A stretch of DNA of 64,000 bases. It comes from Heterodontus francisci. Lineage: Eukaryota. Location of the stretch: NCBI RefSeq assembly GCF_036365525.1, contig NC_090399.1, forward strand, positions 54,468,430-54,532,429, written 5' to 3'. This document shows, in pieces, positions 61,880 through 64,000 of the stretch; positions within the stretch are counted from its first letter, which is position 1, and every line of letters starts with the position of its first letter. The notes beneath the pieces are model-generated. The model worked only from the letters and a program-made list of their open reading frames with translations, did no database searches and was not told the origin of the DNA. Made by a program: the position numbers and the translations under genes.

Positions 61880-64000
61880 CAGGGAGAGGGTGGTGTGTGT
61901 CCTGGAGAGAGGAGTGTGAGTGTCCCAGGGAGTGGGATCAGTGGCCCCAGGAGAGGAGTTGGGGGGAGGGTCAGTGTCCCGGGAGAGGGTCAGTGACCCG
62001 GGGAGGGGGTCAGTGTCCTGGGGAGAGGGGTGGGGAGAGGGTCAGTGTCCCGCAGAGAGGGTCAGTGTCCCGGGGGGAGGGTCAGTGTCCCGGGAAGAGG
62101 GTCAGTGTCCTGGGGAGATGGGTTGGGGGGGGGTGGGGGTCAGTATCCCGGGGAGAGGGGTTGGGGAGAGTCTGTGTCCCGGAGAGAGGAGTGTGAGTGT
62201 CCCAGGGAGTGGGGTCAGTGGCCCCAGGAGAGGGGTTGGGGGGAGGGTCAGAGTCCCGGGAGAGGGTCAGTGTCCTGGGGAGATGGGTTGGGGGGAGGGT
62301 CAGAGTCCCGGGGAGAGCGGTTGGGGAGAGTCTGTGTCCCTGAGAGAGGGGCTGGGGGGAAAGTCTGTGTCCCGGGGAGAGGGGCTGGGGAGAGGGGTTG
62401 GAGAGAGGGTCAGTGTCCTGGGGAGAGGGTCAGTGTCCCAGGGAGAGGGGTTGGGGGAAGGGTCAGTGTCTCGTGGAGAGGAGTTGGGGAGGGGGTCACT
62501 GTCCTGGGGAGAGGGTCAGTGACCCAGGGAGAGGGGCTGGGGGGAAAGTCTGTGTCCCGGGGAGAGGGGTTGGGGAGAGGGGTTGGAGAGAGGGTCAGTG
62601 TCCCGGGGAGAGGGTCAGTGTCGCGGGAAGAGGGTCAGTGTCCCAGGGAGAGGGGTTGGGGGAAGGGTCAGTGTCTCGGGGAGAGGGGTTAGGGAGAGGG
62701 TCAATTTCCCGGGGAGAGGGTTTGGGGAGAGGGTCAGTGTCCCGGGGAGAGGGGTTGGGGAGAGGGTCAGTGTCCCGGGGAGAGGAGTTGCGGAGGGGGT
62801 CACTGTCCTGGGGAGAGGGTCAGTGAACCGGGGAGGGGGTCAGTGTCCTGGGGAGAGGGGTGGGGAGAGGGTCAGTGTCCCGCGGAGAGGGTCAGTGTCC
62901 CGGGGAGAGGGTCAGTGTCCCGGGGAGAGGGTCAGTGTCCCGGGGAGAGGATCAGTGTCCCGGGAAGAGGATCAGTGTCCTGGGGAGATGGGTTGGGGGG
63001 AGGGTCAGTGTCCCAGGGAGAGGGGTTGGGGAGAGTATGTGTCCCGGAGAGAGGAGTGTGAGTGTCCCAGGGAGTGGGGTCAGTGGCCCCAGGAGAGGGG
63101 TTGGGGGGAGGGTCAGTGTCCCGGGAAGAGGGACAGTGTCCCGGGAAGAGGGGTTGGGGGGAGAGGGGCAGCATCCCGGGGAGAGGGGTTGGGGGGAGGG
63201 TCAGTGTCCAGGGGAGAAGGATGGGGAGAGGGGTTGGGGAGAGGGGCAGAGTCCCGGGGAGAGGGGTTGGGGAGAGGGGTTGGGGAGAGGGGCAGTGTCC
63301 CGGGGAGAGGGGTTTGGGGGAGGGTCAGTGTCCCGGGGAGAAGGGTTGGGGAGAGGGTCAGTATCCCGGGGAGAAGGGTTGGGGGGAGGGTCAGTGTCCC
63401 GGGGTGAGGGGTTGGGGGGAAGGATCAGTGTCGTGGGGAGAGGGGTTGGGGAGAGGGTCAGTGTCCCGGGGAGAGGGGTTGGGGGGCAGGTCAGTGTCCC
63501 GGGGAGAGGGGTTGGGGAGAGGGTCAGTGTCCCGGGGAGAGGGGTTGGGGAGAGTCGGTGTCCCGGAGAAAGGGGTTGGGGAGAGGGTCAGTGTCCCGGG
63601 AGAGGGGTTGGGGAGAGGGGTTGGGGAGAGGGTTTGGGGAGAGGGTTTGGGGAGAGGGTCAGTGCCCCGGGGAGTGGGGTTGGGGGGAGGGTCAGTGTCC
63701 TGGGGAGAGGGGTTGGGGAGAGGTTCAGTGTCCCGGGAAGAGGGTCAGTATCCCGGGGAGAGGGTTTGGGAGAGGGTCAGTGTCCCGGGGAGAGGGGTTG
63801 GGGAGAGGTTCAGTGTCGCGGGGAGAGGAGTAGGGGGGAGGGTCAGTGTCCCGGGAAGAGGGTCCGTGTCCCAGGGAGAGGGTCAGTATCCAGCAGAGAG
63901 GGTCAGTGTCCTGGGGAGAAGGTCAGTGTCCCGGGAAGAGGGTCAGTGTCCCGGGAAGAGGGGTTGGGGGGAGAGGGGCAGCATCCCGGGGAGAGGGGTT
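61880..64000 (+). repeat. G-rich compound minisatellite in MHC intron 2
   Basis: ~19-21 bp GAGAGGGTCAGTGTCCCGGG units interspersed with GAGGGGTTGGGG units. A longer block recurs at ~61905, 62183 and 63047. Confidence 0.95.

Noticed and set aside
61733-63833. Gly/Arg/Ser-rich ORFs
   Set aside because: Read-through of the MHC donor into the intronic minisatellite.

Overview
Eukaryotic, transposon-saturated DNA from a cartilaginous fish (shark). The assignment rests on HE1-type tRNA SINEs, a SacSINE1/DeuSINE, CR1/L2/RTE/Tx1 LINEs and shark-type MHC sequence. Most of the window is nested retroelement debris, and almost every ORF in the supplied track is TE-derived or low-complexity. The host-gene content is largely missed by the ORF track: (i) the C-terminus of an interferon-induced very large GTPase (GVIN/VLIG family) at 3-404; (ii) a + strand MHC class I pseudogene with a candidate promoter, a frameshifted leader exon (52923-52972) and an alpha-1 exon with an in-frame stop (61545-61805), running off the window in a G-rich intron array; (iii) a half alpha-3 exon of a second class I gene on the - strand (29795-29969). 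Notable mobile features are an endogenous retrovirus-like 5' end (LTR, tRNA-Ser PBS, gag-pro) and a separate retroviral-type pol fragment, two Gmr1-like Gypsy elements (one with a tandem array of decaying tRNA-Pro primer-binding sites), Penelope fold-back remnants carrying hammerhead ribozyme cores, and a 56-bp minisatellite containing a 1637-bp higher-order duplication. No CRISPR, rRNA or true tRNA genes were seen. All calls come from manual reading and recalled family motifs; no searches were run, and most TE boundaries are approximate.
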